From the NCBI RefSeq assembly GCF_963921235.1, contig NC_086109.1:3846001-3910000 (forward strand): 64,000 nucleotides of DNA, given 5' to 3'. Made by a program: the position numbers and the translations under genes. Positions 13,235 to 26,141 of the stretch are shown piece after piece. How positions within the stretch are numbered: position 1 is the stretch's first letter; each line of letters starts with the position of its first letter. Source of the stretch: Mobula hypostoma (lineage: Eukaryota). A model generated the notes under the pieces. The model saw only the letters and a list, made by a program, of their open reading frames with translations. It ran no database searches and was not told where the DNA came from.

Positions 13235-13665
13235 CAGTGGTCCCCAACCTCCGGGCCGCAGACCGATACATTGCCGCAAAGAATACAGGGGTGCAGCGGT
13301 AGTTGGAACGCACCCAGCACGTCTTTAAGACAAAAGCCGAAATAGACAAGCTAATGAATGGCGATTGCCGATTGCGTCACCTCTGATCTGGGCCAACATT
13401 TACGTGTTGGGCGGTACCTAGCTCTTCCTTCAGTTAGTCCTGATGAAGGGTCTCGGCCCGAAACGTCGACTGTACCTCTTCCTATAGATGCTGCCTGGCC
13501 TGCTGCGTTCACCAGCAACTTTGATGTGTGTTGTTACCTAATTAATTAGCTTGTTTATTTCGGCTTTTTTCTTAAAGATGTGCTGGGTGCATTCCGACTA
13601 CCACTACACCACTGCATTCTTCATGGCAATGTATCGGTCTGCGGCCCGGAGGCTGGGGACCACTG
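13235..13665. mobile_element. hAT-type MITE with about 120-bp inverted arms and 8-bp TSD
   Basis: Starts CAGTGGTCCCCAACCTCCGGGCCGCAGACCGATAC and ends GTATCGGTCTGCGGCCCGGAGGCTGGGGACCACTG. Flanked by perfect GTTTACAC direct repeats (13227-13234, 13666-13673). Confidence 0.92.
13435..13472 (+). ncRNA. Minimal type-I hammerhead ribozyme motif in a Penelope-like repeat fragment
   Basis: TAGTC-CTGATGA-A-GGGT-CTCG-GCCC-GAAA-C-GTC-GACTG gives helix I, the CUGANGA core, helix II, GAAA, a palindromic ACGU helix III and a GUC triplet. It lies in a 114-bp insert (13421-13534) flanked by TACCTA repeats. Confidence 0.75.
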
Positions 13666-15214
13666 GTTTACACTTTATTCTGCATGATTATTGTTTTATC
13701 TTATTCTAGCTCAATGCATTGTGTAATGATCTGATCTGTATGTAAGACTAGCTTTGCACTGTATCTTGGTACATGAGACAATATTAGACCAATTCCAAGT
13801 TCAATGTCATGGACATTGGGAGGGAATCACATGGAGGATGTGGGAATGGCAGCAAACTGTTGTGGGAATACTAACTGGGCGTATGGACTACAGATGGAGA
13901 TGGTCATCCTGTTCAGCACCAGGCCAGTGATACTGTTCTCAACACATCAATGAGACTGGAAATGTTAGGTTTTATCAGGAACTGTGGAATTGTTGGGAAA
14001 GACTACAGCTGAAGGGGTTGGGAGGAGAACCTACCCAAATTGTTCATGGGTTAGGAGCAGGGTCTGCTTCCCATAAACCATAAGATAGAGCAGAACTAGG
14101 CCATTCAGCCCATCTACCTTGCTGTGCCATCCAATAATGACTGTTTCTTTAATCCAGTTCTCCCACCTCCTCCCTGCAACCCTTAAGCCTCTCACCAATC
14201 AAGAACCTATCTGTCTCTACCTGAAATACATCCAATGACTTGACCTCCACGGACATAGAAGCGGAATTATACCATTCAGTCCATTGAGTCTTTTCCGCTA
14301 TTTGATCATAGCTGATCCATTTCCCTCTCAGCGCCATTCTCTCACCTTCTCATAACCTTTCACGCCCTGAATAATCAAGAACATATCAACCGCCCTATTA
14401 AATCCACCCAATGACCTGGCCTTCACAGCTGCCTGTGGCAATGAATTCCACAGATTCACCACCCTCTGGCTAAAGAAATTCCTCCTCATCTCTGTTATGA
14501 ATGGACGTTCCTCTATTCTTGGCTGTGCCCGCTGGTTCTAGACTCCCCTACTGATAAAGACATCCTCTCCATGTCCATTCTATCCGGGCTCTACAGTATT
14601 CAGTAGGTTTCTCTGAGACCTCCCCAGGACTATCACCACCACCCAACCAAACCTAGAATCAGACTGGGAATGGGTATTGGAATCACTTACCTTCAGGGTG
14701 CTTTCCAGTATCTGCAGTGAATGTTTGTATATAATTTTTAATCCCATTTACAACCCAGGCCACTACTTTCAAATGTCCAACATAACTTGGTATCACCAGT
14801 TCTTTGGGTACCACCGATACAATTGTTATGGACAATTTGAAAGACAAAAGGACTTGAACTGTGCTCTCCAGATGCATCCAGTCATTAGAGTGAGACATCA
14901 CAAGTTCAGTTAAACCTTGTGATTCAATTACAGCTTTCAAGACCTCCTTTGCCTACTGCTGCCCAGTGTTCATTGCCATCAGCTGATCGATGTTGACTTT
15001 GGATGTATCCCAGTCTTTTCCCTGCACTCTGATTGTCCCAGGGGGCTATTACATTTTCTGTGGCATTGCAACATTTACAGTAACCTTTTGGAAGCTGCAT
15101 TTCTATGTATTAACTTCTAAGTGAATTGCATTTTCTCTGTGGTAAATTATTGTAAAAGTTAGAGCATCCAAAGTGGAAAATTGCAAATCCTGTTCTGTGG
15201 TGGATGAGCAGAAA

Positions 15215-15700
15215 CATGTCGGCCCAGGGCCTCCTCTTCTGCCAAGAGGAGGCCACACGCGGGTGCAGAAGCCGCACTTTATATTCTGTCTGAGTAGCCT
15301 CCAATCTGATGGCATGAATATCGAATTCTCCTTCCAGTAAAGAAATCCCTCCTGCTCCCCTCTTCCTCTATCCCTCAATCTAGCTCTTACCTCTTCTCAT
15401 CTGCCTATCGCCTCCCTCCGGATCCCCTCCTCCTTCCCTTCTCCCATGGTCCACTCTTCCCCCTATTAGATTCCTTCTTCACCAGCCCTTTATCTTTCCC
15501 ACCCATCTGGCTTCAGCTATCACCGTCCAGCTATTCGCCTTCCCCTCTCCCCCACCCTTTTATTCTGGCGTCTTCCCCAGTCCTTTCCAGTCCCAAAGAA
15601 GGGTCTCAGCCTGAGACATCGACTCCTGATTCGTTTCCATAGATGCCGACTGACACGCTGAGCTCCCCCAGCATTTTGTGTTTCTGAGAGTTTGCAGAGT
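15215..15700 (+). mobile_element. Penelope-like element 3' end (GIY-YIG C-terminus plus terminal repeat with decayed hammerhead)
   Basis: Reads HFIFCLSSLQSDGMNIEFSFQ*, then a pyrimidine-rich tract, then CAGTCCCAAAGAAGGGTCTCAGCCTGAGACATCGACT, a mutated version of the 13435 motif. A similar copy lies at 12225-12585. Confidence 0.75.
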
Positions 15701-17749
15701 TTGGAAACACTGTGGTGAAGAAAGCTCTGCACTTGATGTGTTTATCGCCTCGTAGTTGAAGAGATGCTTTGCTGGTGGAAGGGGAAATGAGGGATTTCAT
15801 TTCTTTGCCGAATATCAAAGCTGTTGAACTGAAAACGGCATGCACCCATTTTTTTGACCGACAGGATTTATTGAGGAAAGATTGGGCACAGTTCAGTTTG
15901 TTTGTCAATAGGCTCTTCCCATAGAACTGATCTGTATTCCATTAGAAACAATGCAGTTTGATTTCTGGCTGGATGCCACAGTCTGGAATGGTTTAATGAG
16001 ATCTACACTAATTACAGCCTTCTATTTCCAGCCTCTTCAGATGAACACAGTTGAACAGAATAGAATTACTTGAAATGAGTTCTGACAGTCTAATAATAAT
16101 CTCCGAAGCTAATTACAGGAGGATTTAGTGTACGCCAGAGAGGCGGTGGGGCCTGTGCGGTCTGACCCACCCCAGAGAAACAGTGTCAACCATCTCAGCC
16201 ACTTTGTCGCACTTCCCACTTTGCAGATGGCCTTTCTCCGTGGAGCATTGTGTTGGACTAGGCCATCACCACTGCAAGGCCTTTGACAAAGCCCTGCATA
16301 ACGGTTAGATCGCATGGGGAACAGGGAGCGAGATTGGGTTGGATTTATAATTGGCCCGATGGTAGGAAGCAGGGCCTGATGGTGGAAGGGAACAAAGAAC
16401 TAGAGGGCATAGGTTTGAAATGAGAGTGGAAGGATTTGAAAGGGGCAGCTTCTTCACACAGAGGGTGGTGAGTATATGGAACAAGCTGCCAGAGGAAATG
16501 GTTCAGGCAGGTACAATAATGACATTTAAGAGGCATTTAAATGCGTACTTGGACAGGAGCAGGGATTCCCAACCTGGGGTCCACAAATCCCTTGGTTAAA
16601 ACCGGGGTCCATGGCATAAAAAAGTTCAGGAACCCCTGGTTTGGAGGGATACAGACCAAAGCTGGGCAAATGGGTCTTGCTTGGGTAGGTACCTTATTCG
16701 TCATGGTCCAGTTGAACCAAAGATGCCATTTGTGTTCAGATGTGGTGACCTTGAATGTTGTGAGATTTTCCTATCCTCCATTTGTCGGCAGCCTCATGAA
16801 TGTGCTAGCAACAGATCTCATCAATTGCCGTATACTAGTAACATCACTTGTACAGAAGGAAGTGTCTGACTTATAATGACTGACAGGTTATTGTTTGATT
16901 GTTTACAAAGCTAGGATGAAGAGTTAATGTCTTTGAAAGAGAATTGCATCTTTTTCTGGTTTACTGAAATATTCCTGCATTGAGGTGTGTGATGCATGTA
17001 CTTACTGCCTGTTACACTGCTGGTGTTTAGAACAACAATGAAGGTCTTCATATCTGGAATTCCTTCATCATGTCTGTAGTTTCTTCTTAGTTTTCACTAC
17101 TGTCAGTCATGCAAGTCTCAGGAATATCATCACACTCAGATGTAGAAGAATTGTTCATTACTGTTTCCGTGACAAATTGCTTTTTTCCAGTCAGGGTTGT
17201 TAGCTCTGAGCTGAACCTACAAATCTGGAGGAGCAGTGGACCACTCTCAGTCTGGCCTCTAACTTTTGACCTCTATTGACCAAGAGCCAAAGCATAAAGC
17301 CCTGACTCCTGCCAACATAGCTCTCTGGGTCATTGAGGCAAGCAAGCCTCCAGGCCATGACAAGGGTGTGGTCTTCATGGAGGATGTGACACCCTGACCC
17401 TGTGATAATCAGGTCATCTGTAAAAGATTTCAAAATTCGCAGCCTGCACCCAGAAACCAGGGAACTGGCTTTGGGACCACACCAGATATTCAAGCTGGTC
17501 CTAGCAGCCTGTTATATAGCAGAAGGGAAGGATGCCAATTTAAACGACAAAGGCCCTGTGTCAGTCAGGGCCGGAGTGTCTCCTGGCTTCTCGCCCTCTG
17601 GACATTGCACCTCTCCCAGCTGTGTTTGTGTAGGATCAAAATATTGGCCTCATCTGTCCCCAGTCCCCATCTCCCCCAAATCTCTCCCATCCATCTTCAA
17701 TGCTCCTACCCATCTCCAGCTCCCCCAGTCCTTCCACCCTATCCATTCT

Positions 17750-19150
17750 CTAGCTTCAGCCATTCTGAGATTCCATCTTGGAAAAACTTTTCTTGATTGC
17801 CTGATCAGATTTATAAGTGACTTTCTTATATTTACACGAGACTTCTAGTCCTTGTCCTTCCAATGGAGCTATCTTTACCAAAACTTCACAGTTCTCTGGA
17901 ACTATTCCAGAATCTAGTAACTCTAGAAAGATTACTACTAATGCCTCCACAATCTCATCAGCTAGTTCTTCAGAGCCCTGAGGGCTAGTCCATCTGGTCC
18001 AGGTGATTTATCTATCTTCAGACCTTTCAGCTTCCCAAGCACCTTCACCTTAGTAATTGCAACAACACTCACTTCTGCCCCTAACTCTCACAAATTTCTG
18101 GCATATTGCTGGTCTCTTTCATATTGAAGACTGACACAAAATATTGATTAAGTGCATCTGCCATTTCTTAGCCCTCATCACTACCTCTCCAGTGTCATTT
18201 TGCAGCAGTCCAATATCCACTCTCGCCTCTCTTTTACTCTTCATATATCTGACAAAACTTTTGGTATTCTCTCTTATATTATTGGCTAGCTTACTTTAAT
18301 ATTTCATTTTTTCTCTCCTTATGACTTTTTTAGATGCCTTCTTTTGTTTTTTAAATTGTCCTCCAGTCTTCCAAATTCCCATTAATTTTTGCTCTCTGTA
18401 TGCCCTCTCTTCAGCTTTTATGTTGGTTTTGAATTCCCTTGTCAGCCACCATTGAGGCATCCAGCCTTTAATATACTCTTCATCTGTGGGATGTATCTAT
18501 CCTTCCCCTTCTGAATTGCCCCGAGAAACTCCAGCCATTGATATTCTGTCATCATCCCTGCTAGTATCCCCTTCCAATCAACTTTGGTCAGCTCTTCTCT
18601 CATGCCTCTGTAATTCCCTTTATTCCACTGTAATACTGATACATCTGACTTTATCTTCTCCTTCTCAAACTACAGGGTGAACTCGACATATTATGATCTC
18701 AGGCCCCTGAGGGTTCCTTTACCGTAATCTCCCTAATCAAATCCAGTTAATTACACAACACCCAATCCAGAATTGTCTTTCCCCAGTGGGCTCAACCACA
18801 AGCTGCTCTAAAAAGCAATCTTATATACATTCAAAAAATTCCCTCTCTTAGGATCCAGCACAAACCTAATTGTCCCAATCTACCTGCATATTGAAATCCC
18901 CCATGATTATCGTAACATTGCAGTTTTACATGCCTTTTCGATTTCCCATTCTAATTTATATCCTACATTTTGGCTACTGTTCGGAGGCCTGTAGATAACT
19001 CCCATCAGGGTCTTTGTACCTTTGCAGTTTCTTAACTCTACCCTCAAGGATTCTACATCTTCAAACCCTGTTCACTTCTTTCTAAGGGTTTGATTTCATT
19101 TTTTACCAACCGAGCCACCCACCTCTTCCTCCTCCTACCTGTCCTTTCAC
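17750..19150 (-). mobile_element. CR1-clade LINE internal ORF2 fragment (endonuclease to pre-RT region), degenerate
   Basis: Minus-strand EALVVIFLELLDSGIVPEN.. and DKSPGPDG-like motif preceding the RT domain; many stops. Confidence 0.75.
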
Positions 19151-21646
19151 TGGCTCACTCTGGAGATGCCTTGGTCTTGTCTTTCGCTCTGTGTTAGTGG
19201 TAAATTTATCATCTATTCTAATTGTGACACAGGCTGTAGTTTGATTGAATCAGCCACAATGCTACTTCAAATGTTATATTAGTTCCAACAAAGCCTTCTG
19301 CACATAGTAAGTGGTTTACTTATTTGTGACAAATACCAACATTACCATAGCTGACACAATGCTGGACATGAAATATACTGAGTCCATTTCAAACTGCTGA
19401 GCATAATCAAATCATGCCATCAAATGTAGTCTTGGCTGTTCTTGATTTAAGAACAAGTATAATTGCGCTATTAAAGTTTTTATTTTAATGTTGCCTTGAT
19501 TTGTCACTATAATGCTTCCAAGTAATTTGTGAAATAAGTCCTGATTTGGGTTGAAGGATTATCTTGGACATACCTAATCTTGTTACGGTAAAGAGCTTTT
19601 GGGAATGTAAGCTTATTACCGCTGTGAGAACCGTAACCGTTGTCACTGTGATATTAACAATGGCCAATATTGTGGTGCCAAAAGACAGATAAATCAGGGA
19701 GGATAGAAAATTATCTTTGACTTGGTAAAAGAGGAAATAATTTCCCAGGGACTGCCTTCAAGAGGAAGTGGCCTCTGTCCTTGAACAAACTCCCACACAT
19801 TTATTCATTTCTTGAGACACGGAGCAGAACAGGCCCTTCTGCCCCTTCGAGTCGTGCTGCCCAGCAACCCACCTATTTAACCCTAACCTAAACCCAATCA
19901 TCGGGCAATTTACAATGACCTATTAACCCACCAGCCGGTACGCCTTTGGACTGTGGCATGAAACCGGAGCACCCGAAGGAAACACACGCGGTCATTAGGA
20001 GAACGTACAAACTCCTTACGATCAGTGGCAGGGATTGAAACCGGGTCACCTGCACTGTAAAGTAGTGAGCTAACCACTATGCTACACTCACAGTAACAGG
20101 TCCCAACAGCTCATCAAGCACATGCCGGCCAATCACACCCATGCGACCAACTACCCTACTAACCCGTACGTCTTTGGCCTGGGGGAGGAAACCAAAGCAT
20201 CTGGTGGTCACAGGGAGAACATATCCCTTCCAGGGAGAATAAAGCCCTCACAGACAGCAGGGGGAATTGAACCTATGTCAGTGTTATACTAACCACTGTA
20301 TTACTGTGTTGCCCTTCAATTTTGCAATGAGCATCGTCCAATTTCAGTACGGTTTTGACTATTAGAATTGGAGTACAAACATCGGCTGGTGATCCACACA
20401 TAAAACTTCCTTTCTGCATTGATTTGTTGATCAACGTTGAGTGACAGAAGCCAGGAGACTTCAGTCAGTGCATTGAGTGAAGCCGGGAGACTTCAGTGGG
20501 TGAGGAGGTTGGGGAAGGGGGGATCCCATGCTCCGGGCGCTCTGGAGGCTGTTGCTTGTCAGAAGCCAGTGTGACAATGAGACGAGATCTTCATCTGTTG
20601 CTCTTCACACTTTCCCTCCTGCTGTCACAAAGCAAGTTTAGATTTGCTGCCGGATTCATGGGAGAAGCTACTTCTAGATCTGTGTGAGCTGTGTACCGTG
20701 CCAGCTCCAGCTCAAGCTCATCTCGAGATCTGTATCACTCTGATGAACCCACGATTTTTTATTCTCTCAGAGTGTGCAATATCCACCAAAGATATACACT
20801 TACAACATTACACTGATAGCCCCTGCTAGAACCTATGAACGGCAAGGAAGTCCACGTCCCACAATCCATGTGCTACTTGGCATTGTCCTGTTGCAGATGT
20901 GAGCCATTGAAGCATGGTGTGGAGGTCCATGCACAACCTGCTGATACCTCCACCGAAGACATCTTTAAAACAAGGTGCCCCAAGCAGGCTGCATCCATTT
21001 CAAACACCCTGGTCACCCAGGGTATGCCCTCTTCTCATTGCCACCATCAGGAGATGCAGGGGGGCTGAAGACAAGCACTCGCCGTTTTAGGAACAGCATC
21101 TTCCCTTCCGCCATCAGATTTCTGAACGGTCCATGACCATGAACACTGCCTTCGCACAATTTATTTATTTTTTAATATGTTTTTATGTTAACGAATAGTG
21201 ATTTTATGTACTTTACTGTACCGCTGCGACAACTTTCATGACAGATGTTGGTCACAGAACGGCGCAGTACCATAGTGGTGAGCGAAACACTTGGAGCACC
21301 AGTAATCGGTGATGGGGGGTTCAATTGCCGCCACTGTCTGCAAGGAGTTTATACATTCTTTCCGTGACCATATAGGTTTCATCTGGGTGCTCTGGATTCC
21401 TCCCTCACGTATGGTTAGAGTTAATCAGTTGTGGGTATGCTATGTTGGGGCCGGAAGCGTGGCAACACTTGCAAGCTATCCCTGGCGTATCCTCAGTCTC
21501 TGTCGGTCGTTAACGCAGATGGCTCATTTCCCTCTATGCCTCGATGTACATGTGACAAATAAAGCTACTCTTTAAATCTGATGATACCTGATTCTGTTTG
21601 GACGCCGAGGAGAATTGTAACTGAACTTTGTCTGCTTGTTTCCCAG

Positions 21647-21814
21647 GCGTTCTGCGTCTGAGATTGTCTGCGTCTCTGCTCCGTCTCTACACGGGCCTGG
21701 CGTTGTCCGTGTTTCAGTGAGTGTTGATCGCGCACAGCTGGACGACAGTCTGCAGTTTGAATTTATTGATGATCCCACTGTTCTGAGGATTGAACCAGAG
21801 TGGAGTATTGCCAG
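21647..21814 (+). CDS. PLXNA2: Plexin-A2 coding exon (IPT/TIG), 168 bp
   Basis: tttcccAG acceptor, GTACAT donor. Reads [55 protein letters not shown](S). Phase 2-2 matches both neighbours. Confidence 0.96.
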
Positions 21815-22000
21815 GTACATGACCTTGTGACACATAAATTTCACGTTACATGAATGTTTAAAATCCATTCGTGCCACAACAGATTTCTGGGCAGACAATG
21901 GAACTATGAACACCACCTCACAATTTTTGTTCTCTTTTTGCACTATTTATTTAATCTTTAATATATTCATTATTATAATTTCTAGTAATTTTTTTAAGTA

Positions 22001-22676
22001 CAGTGGATTTCCGTTATCAGGACCACAAGTTCTGGCCCTAATAAGCTGCTGCCCCAGTTAACTGAAGTTCCATGGAAGTAGTTAAAAGATATAAAAAAGA
22101 CCAAGTACCATTTAACTGAGTAACAAACTACATATTTAAATGAAATACAGAACTAATTAGAACGCTACCAATGTTGTTACAGTACTATAAAACTGTATTA
22201 GTTTCCTAAAACTGTATTAGTTTCCTAATAGTTATCGATGGAGGAATTTCAACAGGGTATGCTGCAGTGTTCTTTTGATTGACTGCAAATGAACAAGATC
22301 AGCGCAGACACCTAGTGCAGATAATGGACTGCCTTCATTGGCTTCCTGCATGAAGCAGTGTCAAAAATTACTGCTTTTTAATTTGTCGCTAATCAGCCCA
22401 ATTGAAAAGGCATAACACAAGCACCCAGAACTGATGCTATTTAAAAGCTCTTCACTGTTGGCACAGTGTGGTATCCAACGGCAACACAAGTCTACGTGAC
22501 CGACGCTGGTTCGAAACTGTTTGCCAAAAATCTCTTGTCCCGATCAAGTGGCATAGTGTCCCAAATAAACAAAGGGAATCATGGCTATTTTCTCAATGAA
22601 ATTTGGTTCTTTAAGAGCTGTCCCAAATAAGGGCTGTCCTAATTCACCGAATGCCCAATTAACAAGAATCCAAATG
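22001..22676. mobile_element. Non-autonomous pogo/Tigger-like DNA transposon relic
   Basis: TA|CAGTGGATT..GTTA left end and a degenerate inverted AATTAACAAGAATCCAAATG|TG right end. It interrupts a Rex1-like 3' UTR at a TA, and that UTR resumes on the far side. Confidence 0.55.
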
Positions 22677-22924
22677 TGTTGCATGGTACCACCTCTGCAA
22701 TACAACAGACTTCACAGTATATGTCGATAATAATGAACATGATTCTGATTCCAAACAGGTTCAACTCAAGGAAGTATTTACATTTCGAGGTGGTTTTGCA
22801 AGCTGAAGCAGATAGATGTTTGACATCTACTCCACAAGACAGACACAGTATTTTAGCTATCAACCTCCACCCACTGCCTTAGAAAATGGATCTAAGAATG
22901 CTAGCTGGACCTCCATATTGGCAT

Positions 22925-23301
22925 CATTATCATCACCATTATGTGTTGTGCCATATGACATGGGTGATCATGGCCTTTCTTTGACCCTGTTTGTTCTTGG
23001 CAATTTTTTCCACAGAAGTGGTTTGCTATTGCCTTCTTCTGGGCAGTGTCTTTACAAGATGGGTGACCCCAGCCATTGTCAATACTCTTTAGAGATTGTC
23101 TGCCTGGCATCAGTGGTCGCATCACCAGGACTTGTGATATGCAGCAGCTGCTCGTACGACCATCCACCACCTGATCCCATGGTTTCACGCGACCCTGATC
23201 GGGGGTTAAGCAGGTGCTACACCTTGCCCAAGGGTGACCTGCTGACTGGTGGAAGGAAGGAGCACCTTACACCTCCTTCGGTAGAGATCTCCACCCCACC
23301 A
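22925..23301 (-). mobile_element. Non-autonomous RTE-related retroelement, family A (about 370 bp)
   Basis: Closely similar copies at 25480-26275 (+, interrupted), 33945-34300 (-) and 54895-55070 (-, deleted). The 3' part has GAAGGCAATGGCAAACCACTTCTG, resembling RTE/BovB-type tails, and ends in (ATG)n. Confidence 0.65.
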
Positions 23302-23533
23302 CTCAAGTAAAGTCTACCAGTTTGAAATATGGCCTACCACCCCCAGTTTCATAAGGGCAGGTGGGAAGACAGATGAAATACTGTGCCTGCCACCTGGCAG
23401 CAGTTTTTTGGAAAAACAGAATATTTACAGCACTGGGCAAAGCCATGTAGCTCTTGGTGTCTAAACGATTCTCATTGTAGGAATGGTGCAAAGGGATATG
23501 GACCCAATGCAGGCAAATGGGATTAGTGTAGAT

Positions 23534-23612
23534 CAAGGGATTCCCTCCCGGCTCCCCGGACACCTCGGTTAATGGTAGGGATCCATGGCATGATAAAGGT
23601 TAGGGACCCCTG
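23534..23612. mobile_element. About 80-bp hAT mini-MITE with 8-bp TSD
   Basis: CA(A)GGGATTCCC...GGGACCCCTG termini flanked by perfect GTGTAGAT repeats. Related copies at 16560-16638, 43298-43374 and 60401-60481. Confidence 0.8.
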
Positions 23613-24654
23613 GTGTAGATGGTGCCGATGGGCCCGTCTCTGTGCTGTTCAGAATTACGACTCTCTGGGCAACACGATAGCTTGATGGTTACTATGTTGG
23701 TTCACACCACTAGCTGTAAGATCAGGATTCGGCCCTGACTGTTGTCTGTAAGGAGCTTAAACCTTCTCCCCGTGACTGTGTGGGTTTCCTCTGGGTGCTC
23801 TGGTTTCCTCCCACAGTAAATTATGGGCATGCTATGTTGGTGGCAGAGGTGTTGTGACACTTGCCCAGCACAGTCCTCGCTGATTTGATGTGACACCACT
23901 TTGAAGCGTTCTTTGTGTGCCCATCTCCCAGTTCCATCCCCGAAGATTGTAATGGGAAACAGTGTATTGGTAGCAAACTTACTCTCATCCGAGTATTCTT
24001 TTCACAAGTAAAACCAATTAATTCTTTATCGTTGTTCCTCAGCTTCCTTTACAATTCAGTGTAGAGCGCTTGATGAAGGGATTTATTTTAATATTTGCTG
24101 ATGGCCTGTTGATGTCATTAACAAGACCAGCACTTTCTGTCCGTAGTCCTCTTTCCCCAAGTCCCTGACTGATTCCAGCAATCCCCAGAATAAATATTAT
24201 TCCAGCAATTGCATTTTCACAAACTTTTCCCAAGCTCCCTCCAGTCATTTTGCTGCTTTTAATTTTCCAAACAAGGAGTCGGAGTGCCGACAAGACACAC
24301 CACATGTTCTCTTCAGTGATGTTTGCCTCCCTCTGCTTCCCTCTGGGGCACTGCAACCTGCAAACACTAACGAGAATTACCATGCCATAAGTCTCTCACA
24401 CACACCCACCCACAGCAGATTTATCCCGATTTTGATTGATTGTGCATTTAAAGCACAGACCCTACAGTATATAGTACGACAAACTGGCTCATTAGGTAGT
24501 ACGATGTGAGGTGCCTGCGAAAAGCTCTCTCAACACGTGGGTACGTGTTATTTCACAGTGTGATTGTTTGAGAACTTTTCACACCCCCAGAATGTGGACA
24601 GCAAACCCTGTCAAAATCTGCTATGCATTTGCACCAATTAAGGATTGAGTTTGT

Positions 24655-25479
24655 AGTAGTAGTCATAGTCATACTTTATTAACCCCGGGGGAAATTGGTT
24701 TTCGTTACAGTTGCTCCATAAATAATAAATAGTAATAAAACCATAAATAGTTAAATACTAATATGTAAATTATGCCAGTAAATTATGAAATAAGTCCAGG
24801 ACCAGCCTATTGGCTCAGGGTGTCTGACCCTCCAAGGGAGGAGTTGTAAAGTTTGATGGCTACAGGCAGGAATGATTTTCTATGACGCTCTGTGTTGCAT
24901 CTCGGTGGAATGAGTCTCTGGCTGAATGTACTCCTGTGCCCACCCAGTACATTATGTAGTGGATGGGAGACATTGTCCAAGATGACATGCAACTTAGACA
25001 GCATCCTCTTTTCAGACACCACCGTCAGAGAGTCCAGTTCCATCCCCACAACATCACTGGCCTTACGAATGAGTTTGTTGATTCTGTTGGTGTCTGCTAC
25101 CCTCAGCCTGCTGCCCCAGCACACAACAGCAAACATGATCGCACTGGCCACCACAGACTCGTAGAACATCCTCAGCATCGTCCGGCAGATGTTAAAGGAC
25201 CTCAGTCTCCTCAGGAAATAGAGACGGCTCTGACCCTTCTTGTAGACAGCCTCAGTGTTCTTTGACCAGTCCAGTTTATTGTCAATTCGTATCCCTAGGT
25301 ATTTGTAATCCTCCACCATGTCCACACTGACCCCCTGGATGGAAACAGGGGTCACCGGTACCTTAGCTCTCCTCAGGTCTACCACCAGCTCCTTAGTCTT
25401 TTTCACATTAAGCTGCAGATAATTCTGCTCACACCATGTGACAAAGTTTCCTACTGTAGCACTGTACTCAGCCACATCT
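24655..25479 (-). mobile_element. Young 5'-truncated Rex1/Babar-like LINE (RT C-terminus, 3' UTR, microsatellite tail)
   Basis: Uninterrupted frame of about 220 codons with WCEQNYLQLNVKKTKELVVDLRR, YKYLGI, KKGQSRLYFLRRLRSF and SFLPVAIKLYN. The 3' UTR ends AATAAAG-TATGAC-TATGAC-(TAC)n. Confidence 0.9.
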
Positions 25480-25734
25480 GGATGGCAGGGTGGAGATAAC
25501 ATCCCTAACAAAGGATGTTTAAGGCACTCCTTCCCTCCGCTAACCTGCAGGTCACCCTTGGGCAAGGTGTAGCACCTGCTTAGCCCCTGATCAGGGTCAT
25601 GTGAAGCCATGGGAGCAGGTGGTGGATGGTCGTATGAGCAGCTGGTGCTTATCACAAGTTCTGGTTATGTGACCACTGTCTTCGGAGAGACAATCTCTGA
25701 AGAGTATTGATAATGGCTGGGGTCACCCATATTG

Positions 25735-26141
25735 GAAGATAGAACCTAGAATAGTATAGCACATCACAGACCCTTTGGCCCACAATGTTGTGCCGACCCT
25801 CAAACCCTGCCTCCCATATAAGCCCCCACCTTAAATTCCTCCATATAGCAGGCTAGTAGTCTCTTAAACTTCACTGGTGTATCTGCCTCCACCACTGACT
25901 CAGGCAGTGCATTCCATGCACCAACCACTCTCTGAGTCGAAAACCTTCCCCTAATATCCCCCTTGAACTTCCCACCCCTTACCTTAAAGCCATGTCCTCT
26001 TGTATTGAGCAGTGGTGCCCTGGGGAAGAGGCGCTGGCTATCCACTCTATCTATTCCTCTTATTATCTTGTACACCTCTATCATGTCTCCTCTCATCCTC
26101 CTTCTCTCCAAAGAGTAAAGCCCTAGCTCCCTTAATCTCTG
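25735..26141 (-). mobile_element. Young CR1 3' fragment inserted into a family-A element
   Basis: Open frame RLRELGLYSLERRRMRGDMIEVYK..TRGHGFK..WNALP, flanked by ATATTG direct repeats (25729-25734, 26142-26147). Confidence 0.88.

Noticed and set aside
24807..25655. 282-aa ORF as a nested gene
   Set aside because: Chimera of antisense family-A repeat sequence (first roughly 58 codons) and a truncated LINE RT C-terminus.
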